From IMG/VR virus record IMGVR_UViG_3300027779_000022: a stretch of 20,000 nt of DNA; one strand, written 5' to 3'. The stretch comes from an uncultured virus (IMG/VR IMGVR_UViG_3300027779_000022) (Duplodnaviria > Heunggongvirae > Uroviricota > Caudoviricetes). The notes below the pieces were generated by a model. It searched no databases. It was not told the DNA's origin and worked only from the letters and a program-made list of their open reading frames with translations. Positions 1-8,932 of this stretch are shown in pieces (position 1 is the stretch's first letter; each line of letters starts with the position of its first letter). The position numbers and the translations under genes were made by a program.

Positions 1-1
1 T

Positions 2-55
2 TGTGCCGGCCTGGACATAGTTTCTTTACTTGAAGAAATAGAAGAAGAAGATTGA
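2..55 (+). CDS. 3' end of an upstream gene (partial), hypothetical
   Basis: Open frame CAGLDIVSLLEEIEEED* ends at TGA 53-55, overlapping the TTG start of the next gene (TTGA), like other junctions here. Confidence 0.5.
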   Translation, partial: CAGLDIVSLLEEIEEED

Positions 56-942
56 TATTTGAGCATGATAAGGTGGTTGTAGGGGGTTCTCTTACAGCAT
101 TAATGTACGCTTTCATAAATAATTTTCCAATATTATTTGCAGATCCTGATCCTCCTAATAGATTTGATTATCTCTCCCCGGACACGGACTTGTCATTTCT
201 AAAATTAGAAAACCATAGAAGAGAGATAAAAACTTTTAACGAAAGTAGGGAAATTGGCCTCCCGAAGATATTGCTTTGGGAAAGACTAAGCTTTCTTATG
301 TCTCTCAAGGGTCTCATGCCACTGTCGAACATATGCCACAGCATGAGACTCCAAGATAACATAATAAAGTGCTCCAATGAGTACTCAAAGATTGCAGAAT
401 TTAGGTTTAATCAGTGTTTATATTTTGGGGATAAAGCCACTTCAGGGTTTATAGAGAAAACAAATCTTGACGAAGAGACCTATATATGTTATGATCATAT
501 AGCATTCAACAGTGGAGGAAAGCATGAAATTGATTACATCACAACAAATGATGATTTTGTCAGCCAAATATGGTTTTATAGTTCCGACCGTATTGATGGA
601 AATACTCCTGTTAGAGATGCTTGTGCGGTATCAAGGATAACACGCGAGCAGCTTTTGGATTTTGATTTTTCACAAACAATGGCAAAATTTAAAACAATAC
701 AAACAATGAAAGATAATGGGATGAGAGGAAAATTTAATGGATTCACAAAGAAAGGAACACCTAGGCACTATGATTTTAGAACAACTAGCATACGCCGCGA
801 AACAAGCAGCACAGCGACACACAGGAAAACAAAATCCGATTGTGTTGAAATTAAGAAAGAAAATGAAAGTGGCTTGTTATCACACCTTAAAGACAATATC
901 GACACCTACGATAGAATTTTAGAAGGACTCGATGCCGCCTAA
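52..942 (+). CDS. Hypothetical protein with a degenerate N-terminal FAD/NAD-binding Rossmann-like motif
   Basis: 296 aa, TTG start. DKVVVGGSLTALMYA resembles the beta1-GxGxxG-helix of flavoproteins but has GGSLTA; the remainder is not recognised. Confidence 0.5.
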   Translation: MIFEHDKVVVGGSLTALMYAFINNFPILFADPDPPNRFDYLSPDTDLSFLKLENHRREIKTFNESREIGLPKILLWERLSFLMSLKGLMPLSNICHSMRLQDNIIKCSNEYSKIAEFRFNQCLYFGDKATSGFIEKTNLDEETYICYDHIAFNSGGKHEIDYITTNDDFVSQIWFYSSDRIDGNTPVRDACAVSRITREQLLDFDFSQTMAKFKTIQTMKDNGMRGKFNGFTKKGTPRHYDFRTTSIRRETSSTATHRKTKSDCVEIKKENESGLLSHLKDNIDTYDRILEGLDAA

Positions 943-1819
943 AACACATTTGTCTGGAATTATTCCCATTGCAAATTATGATTCTGATATTGAGGTGAAC
1001 TTTCCATCGGTATTGTTACCGGTTTGCAATGGATTTAACTTAGTGCAGAGATCGGTTTTTGAATGTGCCATGGCCGGCTGTGACACGATATGGATCGTGG
1101 CAAACGAGGACCTCGCGCCGGCAGTTAAAAACACAATTGGTGAGTGGGTGTACGACCCCGTATATTATAAAAGAGACTTCTCCAGTAAATTTTATTCTGA
1201 ACTTAGAAAAGAAGTGCCTATTTACTATGTCGGTATAAAACCAAAAGATTTAGATAGGAGAGACAGCTACGGATGGTCAGTGTTGGAGGGTATATACTCT
1301 GCATACATGACTTCTTACAGAATTTCAAAGTGGCTCGCGCCAGAGAAATATTTCATTTCGTTTCCGCTGGGGATCTGTGATCCACACCAGATTAGAGAAC
1401 ATCGGAAAGAAATAAGAAATATAAAAGCTAATTTTTTCTACAAGTTCCTAGGTAATACCGTCAAACAAGATCTATTATTACCATTTACAATGACAGGAGA
1501 AGATTTTAAATTATGTCGAAGAGCGATAAACAAAAAGACAACAAGGGAATATTTACCCCCTTCACCGAGCCAGCAATATCCAGACCAAAAGCTGCCACTC
1601 CACGAGAGATGGTCAGCCCGGCACTTCAGTTTCAGTGAAATTTTTGAAAGCGTAAGCGAGGATAACGCGTCCTTTAAAGACTTGTCGTGGTTTCATGACG
1701 CGTCTACTTGGGAAAATTATGTCCGCTATATCGGTTCGGAAAATATTATAATAAAACCCTTTGAGGGCTTGACAAAGCCTCATAAACACGTTAAGATACC
1801 ATATGATTCGGAGGGATAA
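932..1819 (+). CDS. Divergent sugar-phosphate nucleotidyltransferase (NTP_transferase)-like protein
   Basis: GIIPIA...PSVLLPV...AMAGCDTIWIVAN follows the RmlA/GalU N-terminal pattern, and WFHDASTWENY resembles the C-terminal WxDxGT. The GGxGTR loop is absent. Confidence 0.55.
   Translation: MPPKTHLSGIIPIANYDSDIEVNFPSVLLPVCNGFNLVQRSVFECAMAGCDTIWIVANEDLAPAVKNTIGEWVYDPVYYKRDFSSKFYSELRKEVPIYYVGIKPKDLDRRDSYGWSVLEGIYSAYMTSYRISKWLAPEKYFISFPLGICDPHQIREHRKEIRNIKANFFYKFLGNTVKQDLLLPFTMTGEDFKLCRRAINKKTTREYLPPSPSQQYPDQKLPLHERWSARHFSFSEIFESVSEDNASFKDLSWFHDASTWENYVRYIGSENIIIKPFEGLTKPHKHVKIPYDSEG
1769..1797 (+). promoter_or_regulatory. sigma70-like promoter for dnaE
   Basis: TTGACA (1769-1774), 17 bp, TAAGAT (1792-1797); SD GGAGGG at 1810-1815 before ATG 1819. 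Confidence 0.65.
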
Positions 1820-4800
1820 TGAGTCGTATTAATTCTAAAATTAAATTTGTAGGTCTGCACGCACACAGCGTTGCGGGTTCTATTTTTGATGCCCTAGGGT
1901 ATCCGCAAGACCATATGGATTTTGCATATGAAAACGGGTGTGATGCACTCGCTTTAACAGATCATGGAAACATGAACGGCCTAGCTTACCAAGTGCTACA
2001 TGCCAAGAAGATGCATGCGGAGGGTAAGGCTTTCAAGCCTATTTTTGGCTGTGAGGCGTACTTCACGCCTTCGATTGCAGACTGGCATGATGCATATAAT
2101 CAGGCCATGGAAGACAAGAAGAGGGCCCGCTCGATCAAAAAAGACGAACAGTCGGGCGCCACCGTCGAAGATGAAGGTGATAGCAAGAGAATCCAAGGCA
2201 TCCTTAAACGCCGGCGACATCTGGTTTTGTTAGCTCAAAACCAGACAGGTCTGAGTAACTTGTTTAAACTTATTTCAGAATCCTATCAGCCAGAAAATTT
2301 CTATCGATATCCACGTATTGACTACTCGCTATTGAAGAAATACAATGAGGGTATTATAGCCTCGTCAGCATGCCTAGGCGGCGTTTACGCTGGTAACTAC
2401 TGGGAACACCGGGAGGAGGGCGAAGAAGCTGTCCTAGAGGCGATGAGAGAGTCTACGCGGCAAATGGTTGATATCTTCGGAGATCGCTGGTATGCCGAGA
2501 TTCAATGGAATAATATTAAAGAGCAACATGAATTAAACCAATACGTTATTCAAGTTGCCGAAGAGTTTGGCGTCGAACTGGTGACGACCGCTGATAGCCA
2601 CTATCCCACCCCTGATGCCTGGAAGGATAGAGAACTCTACAAGCGCCTTGGCTGGCTCGGCAAGGGCCGACCATCTTGGGCTGAGGATGAGTCACAACTA
2701 CCTGAAGGTGTTGAAGAAATCGGCTATGAGCTGTATCCGAAGAACGGCGATCAAATGTGGGAGAGCTATAAGCAATACTCAAAAGAGCAGGGCTTCGAAT
2801 ATAACGACAGCTTGGTTATGCGAAGCATTGAAGAAACACACAGAATTGCGCACGAACGTATCGAAGCGTTCTTGCCGGACAACACTGTACGGCTTCCAAA
2901 CTTTGTTGTTCCAGCAGGATTCACCGACACACAAGCGTTGGTAAACTATGCCCTAGAGGGCCTCAAGGACAGGGGATTACACACTAACAAAGAGTACACT
3001 GATCGTCTTCGGCATGAGTTGCATGTTATTGATGAGAGGGGGTTCTCCAAATATTTCCTGACCATGAGGTCTGTAGCAGACTTGGCAACGGGGATGATGT
3101 TAGCCGGCCCGGGCCGCGGCTCTGCTGCCGGCTCCCTAGTGGCATATGCTCTAAACATTACACAGGTAGATCCGATTAAGCACGGCTTGTTGTTCTCTCG
3201 GTTCCTGCGCTCAGATGCCACAGATTATCCTGATATCGATTACGATGTATCTGATAGTATGTCGTTAAAAGAAAAATTAGTAGAGAAGTGGGGTGAAGAT
3301 TGTGTTGCTCCGATTTCCAATTGGAACACTTTGCAATTGAAATCCCTCATTAAAGACATCTCAAAATTATATGGGATTCCTTTCACAGAGGTTAACACGG
3401 TCACGTCAGTTATGCTTCGCGAAGCAACACCAGACGCCAAGCGCAAGCATGGCATTAAAGCTGGGGTATATGTTCCGACATGGGAAGAAGTGATCGAGTT
3501 TTCTCCAGCACTCAAGACATATTTGAATAAGTACCCACAGGTTAAAACGCACGTTGAGGGTTTAGTGGGACAGGTTCGCTCTTGCTCCCGGCATGCCGGC
3601 GGCGTTGTGATCGGAGAAAACTTAGATAGCCACATGCCATTGATTAATTCTGGTGGAGTACGACAGGCTCCGTGGGCAGAGGGACAGAACGTCCGACATC
3701 TTGAGCCGATGGGTTTCATCAAGTTCGATCTGCTTGGGTTATCTACCTTAAAGATGATGGAGGGTTGCATCGAACACATCCTTCGTCGTCACCATAGTGT
3801 GGAGAACCCAACGTTTGCACAGATAAAAGGCTATTATGACAGGTATTTACATCCAGACATTATTGATCTAGATAATTCTGAGGTGTATGAGAATATCTTT
3901 CATGCTGGAAAGTGGGCCGGCATCTTCCAGTTCACCGAGCAGGGCGCCCAGAAGTTCTGCGTTCGTGCAAAGCCACGCAACATTATTGATGTCTCAGCTG
4001 TCACCTCCATCTATCGCCCGGGCCCTTTGTCTGCAAACGTTCACGACGAATATGTAGACGCCAAGGAAAGCCCACATCATATTAAATATCTGAATGATGA
4101 CTCTCATGAGATCACCCAGGAGACCTTTGGCTTCTTAATCTTCCAAGAACAAATTGCACTGCTAGCTCATAAGTTAGGAGGCTTGACCCTCGATGAAGGT
4201 AACATGCTTCGCAAAGTGCTTACGAAAAAAGGAACAGGTAAGGGTTCGGTTAAAGGCAAACTACATGATAAGTTTATTGCTGGTTGCCTTAAAAACAATA
4301 TTGTACGAGATGAAGCACAATCACTGTGGGACAAGTTTGAATTCTTCTCAGGCTACGGATTTAATAAATCACATGCTGTATCATATAGCATTATCTCTTT
4401 TCAGTGTGCCTGGTTATTTAACTACTATCCCTCTGAGTGGATGGCAGCGTTTTTGGACAAGGAACCAGAGAGCCGAAAAGAGAAGGCAATCAATATCGCA
4501 AAGCAATATGGTTTTGAAATAGCTCCGCTCGATGTAAATAAGTCAGGTACAGTGTGGGAAATTAGTGAGGATGGAAAAACCCTCATTCAACCACTGACGT
4601 CTATTAAGGGCTTAGGTATGGCCGCCATCGAACAGGTTCTTAATAATCGACCGTTCCTTAATGCAGAAGATCTGCTCTTTAGGGAGGGGGTTTCCTACAG
4701 TAAGTTAAATAAGAAGGCAATGGATGCTCTATGCAGGGGCGGCGCCCTAGATAATATCGTGGATGATCGATTCACCGGCCGTAAACATTTTTGGTCTACG

Positions 4801-5250
4801 TGTGTTGTCGAGCGCCCAAAGAGTCTTAAAAAGTTTAATGACAATCTAGAATTATATGAACCAGAAGGAGATTTTTCACAAGAAGAGATCATTCAGTTTA
4901 AAACGGACCTCACAGGGGTATTCCCAATCAACTTGGTTATTAGTATAGAAACCATCGAAAGGTTGCGCGACAAGCATATACCACCAATTTCAGAATATGA
5001 TGAAGAGTTACAGGTTTGCTGGTTTATTCCGAGAGAGGTTACAGCTAGAAAAACAAAAAATGGCAAAGACTATTGGATTGTAAATGTCATTGACTCAAAC
5101 AACGAACTAACTAGAATAAGGTGTTGGGGAGTAAAACCTCATAAAGATAAAATACATTTAAACCGGCCATACCTGGCACGTTTAAACTATGATTCGAATT
5201 GGGGATTCTCGACCTATGCCATTGGAAAAACATTCAAACTACTAGGATAA
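1819..5250 (+). CDS. dnaE: DNA polymerase III alpha subunit (C-family, DnaE type)
   Basis: PHP motifs LHAHS, LTDHG, GCEAY, HLVLLA, SACLGG, ADSHY; polymerase motifs GRGSAAGSLV, PDIDYD, HAGGVVI, KFDLLGL, YRPGP, FQEQ, YGFNKSHA; HhH (IKGLG) and a C-terminal OB-like region. Confidence 0.97.
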   Translation: MSRINSKIKFVGLHAHSVAGSIFDALGYPQDHMDFAYENGCDALALTDHGNMNGLAYQVLHAKKMHAEGKAFKPIFGCEAYFTPSIADWHDAYNQAMEDKKRARSIKKDEQSGATVEDEGDSKRIQGILKRRRHLVLLAQNQTGLSNLFKLISESYQPENFYRYPRIDYSLLKKYNEGIIASSACLGGVYAGNYWEHREEGEEAVLEAMRESTRQMVDIFGDRWYAEIQWNNIKEQHELNQYVIQVAEEFGVELVTTADSHYPTPDAWKDRELYKRLGWLGKGRPSWAEDESQLPEGVEEIGYELYPKNGDQMWESYKQYSKEQGFEYNDSLVMRSIEETHRIAHERIEAFLPDNTVRLPNFVVPAGFTDTQALVNYALEGLKDRGLHTNKEYTDRLRHELHVIDERGFSKYFLTMRSVADLATGMMLAGPGRGSAAGSLVAYALNITQVDPIKHGLLFSRFLRSDATDYPDIDYDVSDSMSLKEKLVEKWGEDCVAPISNWNTLQLKSLIKDISKLYGIPFTEVNTVTSVMLREATPDAKRKHGIKAGVYVPTWEEVIEFSPALKTYLNKYPQVKTHVEGLVGQVRSCSRHAGGVVIGENLDSHMPLINSGGVRQAPWAEGQNVRHLEPMGFIKFDLLGLSTLKMMEGCIEHILRRHHSVENPTFAQIKGYYDRYLHPDIIDLDNSEVYENIFHAGKWAGIFQFTEQGAQKFCVRAKPRNIIDVSAVTSIYRPGPLSANVHDEYVDAKESPHHIKYLNDDSHEITQETFGFLIFQEQIALLAHKLGGLTLDEGNMLRKVLTKKGTGKGSVKGKLHDKFIAGCLKNNIVRDEAQSLWDKFEFFSGYGFNKSHAVSYSIISFQCAWLFNYYPSEWMAAFLDKEPESRKEKAINIAKQYGFEIAPLDVNKSGTVWEISEDGKTLIQPLTSIKGLGMAAIEQVLNNRPFLNAEDLLFREGVSYSKLNKKAMDALCRGGALDNIVDDRFTGRKHFWSTCVVERPKSLKKFNDNLELYEPEGDFSQEEIIQFKTDLTGVFPINLVISIETIERLRDKHIPPISEYDEELQVCWFIPREVTARKTKNGKDYWIVNVIDSNNELTRIRCWGVKPHKDKIHLNRPYLARLNYDSNWGFSTYAIGKTFKLLG

Positions 5251-5252
5251 AC

Positions 5253-5858
5253 ATGAATATAATCAAAACATTTAGTCCGTTATTAAAAGAAGCAAAACTA
5301 ATTGACGATCTTCCGATCGTCATTAGGCTTAGAAAATTCGATGAGCCATCAGCAAAAGAATTCAGTTCACTGATAGCTAAGGCACAAAACACAGGACAGC
5401 CTGTAGTACCCATAATTATTGATAGTTATGGTGGCCAAGTATATAGCTTAATGTCGATGATATCTGATATTAAACATTGCAGGATCCCAGTGGCCACAAT
5501 TGTACAAGGCAAAGCCATGTCTTGTGGCGCTATACTATTTAGCTTCGGCACTGAAGGTTATAGATACATGGACCCTGATGCAACGCTCATGATTCACGAT
5601 GTGAGTTCAATGGGTTGGGGGAAAGTAGAAGAGATTAAAGCCTCCGCGGAAGAGACAGACCGGCTTAATCAAAAGATTTACACTATGATGGCAGAGAACT
5701 GTGGAAAGCATAAAGAATATTTTCTAGACATTGTACACGATAAAGGACACTCTGATTGGTTTTTAGAAGCAACAGACTGCAAAAAGCACAATCTTGCAAA
5801 TCATTTACGTATTCCGGAATTAAAAATAGATACCCGGGTTAAGATCGAATTCAAATAA
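5253..5858 (+). CDS. clpP: ClpP-family serine protease, paralogue 1
   Basis: IDSYGG, AMSCG (Ser), MIHD (His), SDWFL (Asp). Start moved to ATG 5253, after AGGA and the dnaE stop. Confidence 0.9.
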   Translation: MNIIKTFSPLLKEAKLIDDLPIVIRLRKFDEPSAKEFSSLIAKAQNTGQPVVPIIIDSYGGQVYSLMSMISDIKHCRIPVATIVQGKAMSCGAILFSFGTEGYRYMDPDATLMIHDVSSMGWGKVEEIKASAEETDRLNQKIYTMMAENCGKHKEYFLDIVHDKGHSDWFLEATDCKKHNLANHLRIPELKIDTRVKIEFK

Positions 5859-5859
5859 A

Positions 5860-5867
5860 ACTACTTA
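5860..5867 (+). promoter_or_regulatory. ACTACTTA, candidate phage (late-type) promoter motif
   Basis: Lies in the 13-bp intergenic gap, 4 nt before ATG 5872; matches the motif at 11189 and 18784. Confidence 0.4.
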
Positions 5868-5871
5868 GTTT

Positions 5872-6576
5872 ATGCTTTCATCAAAAAAATTAAAATGGCG
5901 TAGGGTTATTAATGAGCTAGAGTATCTGTATGATGAATATGATATAGTTAGCGAACTTACAAAACAAACTGGCATCGAATTTGAAATATATTATAAAACA
6001 TATTGCGCAAAGAATAACATTGATAGAGACCGCCTCAATAAAGAGAACGAAGAGAGACTAGAAGAATTGTACGGCCGGCCACCTCAAAAAGATGAGGAAG
6101 AGGTTTCATGCGCTTCAGAATACTCAGGAAGCACAGAACTTGTGGTAACCGAACCGGAACCAGAAGAAGAATATGAAGAATTTATAGATGATGATGATTT
6201 CAAAGATTTACATAGTGAATTTAATAAGTTGTTTAAGAAGTTAGCCTTACTCCTACATCCAGATAGAATTGAAAACCACACATCCGATGAAGAGTACAAG
6301 CGTAAATTAGCTGCAGATTTCTCAAAAGCAAGACAAAGTTTAGAGAAGAAGAGATATTTTGAACTGATCAAACTTGCAAAAAAGTATAATGTCTTTATAC
6401 CAGAGAATTATACTATTCAAGTTAGATGGTTTAAAAAAGATAAAGAAGGTATTATGACCGAAATTAACAAAACCAAAAAAACATACAACTATAAATTCTC
6501 GGAATGTGAAAGCGATGAAGAGCGTGATGCATTGATAAAGAGCTTCATTTCACAAGTCTTTCGAATAAAAAAATAA
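5872..6576 (+). CDS. Protein with an internal J-domain-like HPD segment
   Basis: FNKLFKKLALLLHPDR...AADFSKARQS matches J-domain helix II-HPD-helix III (HPD at 6256-6264), preceded by an acidic linker. Confidence 0.7.
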   Translation: MLSSKKLKWRRVINELEYLYDEYDIVSELTKQTGIEFEIYYKTYCAKNNIDRDRLNKENEERLEELYGRPPQKDEEEVSCASEYSGSTELVVTEPEPEEEYEEFIDDDDFKDLHSEFNKLFKKLALLLHPDRIENHTSDEEYKRKLAADFSKARQSLEKKRYFELIKLAKKYNVFIPENYTIQVRWFKKDKEGIMTEINKTKKTYNYKFSECESDEERDALIKSFISQVFRIKK

Positions 6577-6591
6577 ATCGATAGAATCCGG

Positions 6592-6620
6592 TTGACAGGC
6601 GCCTCCTAAGTTGTTATAAT
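6592..6620 (+). promoter_or_regulatory. Consensus sigma70 promoter with extended -10
   Basis: TTGACA, 17 bp, TATAAT, with TG at 6612-6613; SD AAGGAGG at 6635-6641. Confidence 0.9.
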
Positions 6621-6646
6621 ATTAGTGTAGTCACAAGGAGGTTTAG

Positions 6647-6904
6647 ATGGCTAATACAAATGAAGAGAAGAAGAGATACATTAAGGAATATATTCGTTCG
6701 TTGCGCGCAATTGAAGACGCAATAGAACCATACAAGAGCCAGAAGAGAGATCTGCGCAGTGAATACCGTGAGAACGGCTGGCTCGATACAGACGAGATCC
6801 GGACAGCAGTTAAGGCATACCGCTTGTTTACTGGAAAGGTCAACATCGATGAGGTTGTTGAGAGTTTTGAGTTGATCACTGGTGGAGAAAATAATGATTC
6901 TTGA
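6647..6904 (+). CDS. Small helical DNA-binding protein, T4 DsbA/GapR (DUF2312)-like
   Basis: 85 aa. Coiled helix, then KRDLRSEYRENGWLDTDEIRTAVK and C-terminal DEVVESFELI, resembling DsbA/GapR architecture; strong promoter and SD. Confidence 0.55.
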   Translation: MANTNEEKKRYIKEYIRSLRAIEDAIEPYKSQKRDLRSEYRENGWLDTDEIRTAVKAYRLFTGKVNIDEVVESFELITGGENNDS

Positions 6905-7349
6905 ATATGCAAAAATGCGCCAGAATGCGGTTAGCCCCGAGAGGGCCAACCCATCAGACGCCGGCCTAGATGTCTTCTTCTCACCAGAAGAACCGATATC
7001 TGTGGTTCTAAATCCGGGCGATAGCAAGGTTTTATCAACAGGTCTGAAGTTCGGAGTACCACACGGTTATATGCTGGAAGTGAAGAACCGCAGCAGCGTG
7101 GCGGCTAAACGTTCCCTTATTGTTGGGGCGTGTGTTGTTGATTCAGGTTATGATGGAGAAGTATTCATCAATTTACACAACGTTGGGAACACCCTGCAGG
7201 TCCTTTCAACGGGAGACAAGATTGCACAGTTGGTGATGACACCAGTTGTCCACTTTAGACCCCTGGAGACTGCAGAAGACACCCTGTACAGCTATCCGAT
7301 GACGATTAGTAACAGAGGCGCCGGCTCACTAGGGAGTACCGATGAATAA
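6894..7349 (+). CDS. dut: Trimeric dUTPase
   Basis: Five motifs: AGLDV, NRSS, VVDSGYDGE, GDKIAQL, RGAGSLGST. ATG 6894 follows GGAG. Confidence 0.95.
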   Translation: MILEYAKMRQNAVSPERANPSDAGLDVFFSPEEPISVVLNPGDSKVLSTGLKFGVPHGYMLEVKNRSSVAAKRSLIVGACVVDSGYDGEVFINLHNVGNTLQVLSTGDKIAQLVMTPVVHFRPLETAEDTLYSYPMTISNRGAGSLGSTDE

Positions 7350-8466
7350 AGTAACTAATATAAGAAACTACGGTGCGCTGGCCAGTGCGCTGGCCCCACA
7401 GGTGCCGGCCGCAATGAAAGCTCGCGAAAATAGAAACGTTTATTGTCCTGTTAGAAACAAGATAGTGACAGAATATTTGTACCACCATGGTGAACTAATG
7501 CGCATTACTCGCCCGGGCCAGGCTCGTGTGGAGGATAGCAAAAACGAAGATGTGGCCTTATTGTCGACTCAGTTAAAGGACGAAGGGCAGTATCTCGGCG
7601 CATGTATTCTGGTCACAGAAGAAGGGAACGTCATTCTTTGGGGAAACACCAGACACAGATCGACTGTTCGCCTAAGCACCGAGGGTTCCTCAATTAAAGG
7701 TATCCCATCCGGTTATTTGTGGGCTAGCCGCTACAACGAGCCGCACAAGTTAATTTCACAATATCAGGCTATTGAAAACAACATACATCCTCACTCAAAG
7801 TTAGCCACAACATCAGACAACGTAAAGTCGCTTCAAACAATGATTGAAGATGGCCTATTGGCTCACGATGATGGCAGACTTTTCTCGGAACTTGGTGATG
7901 TTGAGATGAAAGCCCAGGTTATTGCTGCAGCAAAACGATGTCACATACGATCATCTACACACAAGGCTTTATGGAATCGTGTTAAAAAAAGCACAGCCGC
8001 TGTGCAAGAAAAGATGAGAAGCTGGGAAAAACACGAATTGGCTTCTTATTTTGGCAACAACAACGATTATGGTTTGAGCGCCGAAAAATTAGTTAATTTT
8101 AAGCAGTCGTGCGGGTGGATTCTTGAAACCACTGATGGACGCAAAATTGGTTTATACTTTATTCTCAACACTGCTTCTGCAACTGCAACATTATCACAGT
8201 GTCACAAAAAGCGCAACATTAATAAAAAGGTTGATGAAATTGTAATTGTTGCGAGCATCAACGGGGTCAACTCAAAAGGCATTACCAAGGCCCGAGCGAT
8301 AGTTATTGACAGCATTAAGGAGTGGAACCCCACCGTAAAAGGAGATATTACTGTTGATCGTGTTATGTTCGTTCCGCAAACCGAATCAGAACAAAATACA
8401 GAGATGATTAGCGGTCATTTTATTTTAGATACCAAGCTTGGTAAGAGTGGTAAGAACAATGAATAA
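7342..8466 (+). CDS. ParB/Srx N-terminal-like domain protein
   Basis: QAR...LLSTQLKDEGQ...ILWGNTRHRS...QAIENN mirrors the ParB QPR / GxxRxxA / ENxxR pattern; C-terminal half unassigned. Confidence 0.5.
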   Translation: MNKVTNIRNYGALASALAPQVPAAMKARENRNVYCPVRNKIVTEYLYHHGELMRITRPGQARVEDSKNEDVALLSTQLKDEGQYLGACILVTEEGNVILWGNTRHRSTVRLSTEGSSIKGIPSGYLWASRYNEPHKLISQYQAIENNIHPHSKLATTSDNVKSLQTMIEDGLLAHDDGRLFSELGDVEMKAQVIAAAKRCHIRSSTHKALWNRVKKSTAAVQEKMRSWEKHELASYFGNNNDYGLSAEKLVNFKQSCGWILETTDGRKIGLYFILNTASATATLSQCHKKRNINKKVDEIVIVASINGVNSKGITKARAIVIDSIKEWNPTVKGDITVDRVMFVPQTESEQNTEMISGHFILDTKLGKSGKNNE

Positions 8467-8932
8467 AACAACACAAAAGACAATGTTCAGCTCTGCCACC
8501 GGCAACTGGTCAACCCCGCAAGATTTTTTCGACAAGCTAAATTGGAGATTTGGGCCCTTTAACCTGGATCCCTGTGCCAGTCCACATAACACTAAATGTG
8601 CAAACTTCTTCACAGAAGCTGAGAATGGCTTGGAAAAAGATTGGGAAGGATTTACCTGCTTTGTTAACCCTCCGTATGGAAGAGGCATTGACAAGTGGAT
8701 TGCAAAGGGTTATAATGAAGCAATGAAGAATGAGACCAAAGTTGTCATGCTCATCCCGGCCCGCACCGACACAAAGTACTGGCACAATTATGTAATGAAG
8801 GCTTCAGAGATCTATTTTATAAAAGGTAGGTTGAAGTTTGGAGATAGTAAGAATAGCGCACCATTCCCATCTGCTGTCGTAATTTTCGACGGTGGTGATG
8901 GCCTGTGGCGCACAGAAAGCATTAATAAATGA
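8459..8932 (+). CDS. Phage-type DNA N6-adenine methyltransferase
   Basis: WSTPQDFF, LDPCAS, FVNPPYG, VMLIPARTDTKYW, GRLKF, APFPSAVVIF; likely start ATG 8459. Confidence 0.9.
   Translation: MNKTTQKTMFSSATGNWSTPQDFFDKLNWRFGPFNLDPCASPHNTKCANFFTEAENGLEKDWEGFTCFVNPPYGRGIDKWIAKGYNEAMKNETKVVMLIPARTDTKYWHNYVMKASEIYFIKGRLKFGDSKNSAPFPSAVVIFDGGDGLWRTESINK
8688..8716 (+). promoter_or_regulatory. Consensus sigma70 promoter inside the methyltransferase CDS
   Basis: TTGACA (8688-8693), 17 bp, TATAAT (8711-8716). Confidence 0.75.

Noticed and set aside
1819..5250. Intein or intron in dnaE
   Set aside because: Normal length, continuous motifs, and no intein splice or LAGLIDADG signatures seen.
5199..5252. 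Longer N-termini given by the ORF track (5199; likewise 6882, 8438, 12232)
   Set aside because: They overlap upstream genes more deeply; downstream ATGs fit SD position or gene coupling better.
8306..8334. TTGACA inside the ParB-like gene
   Set aside because: No -10-like hexamer at the proper spacing.
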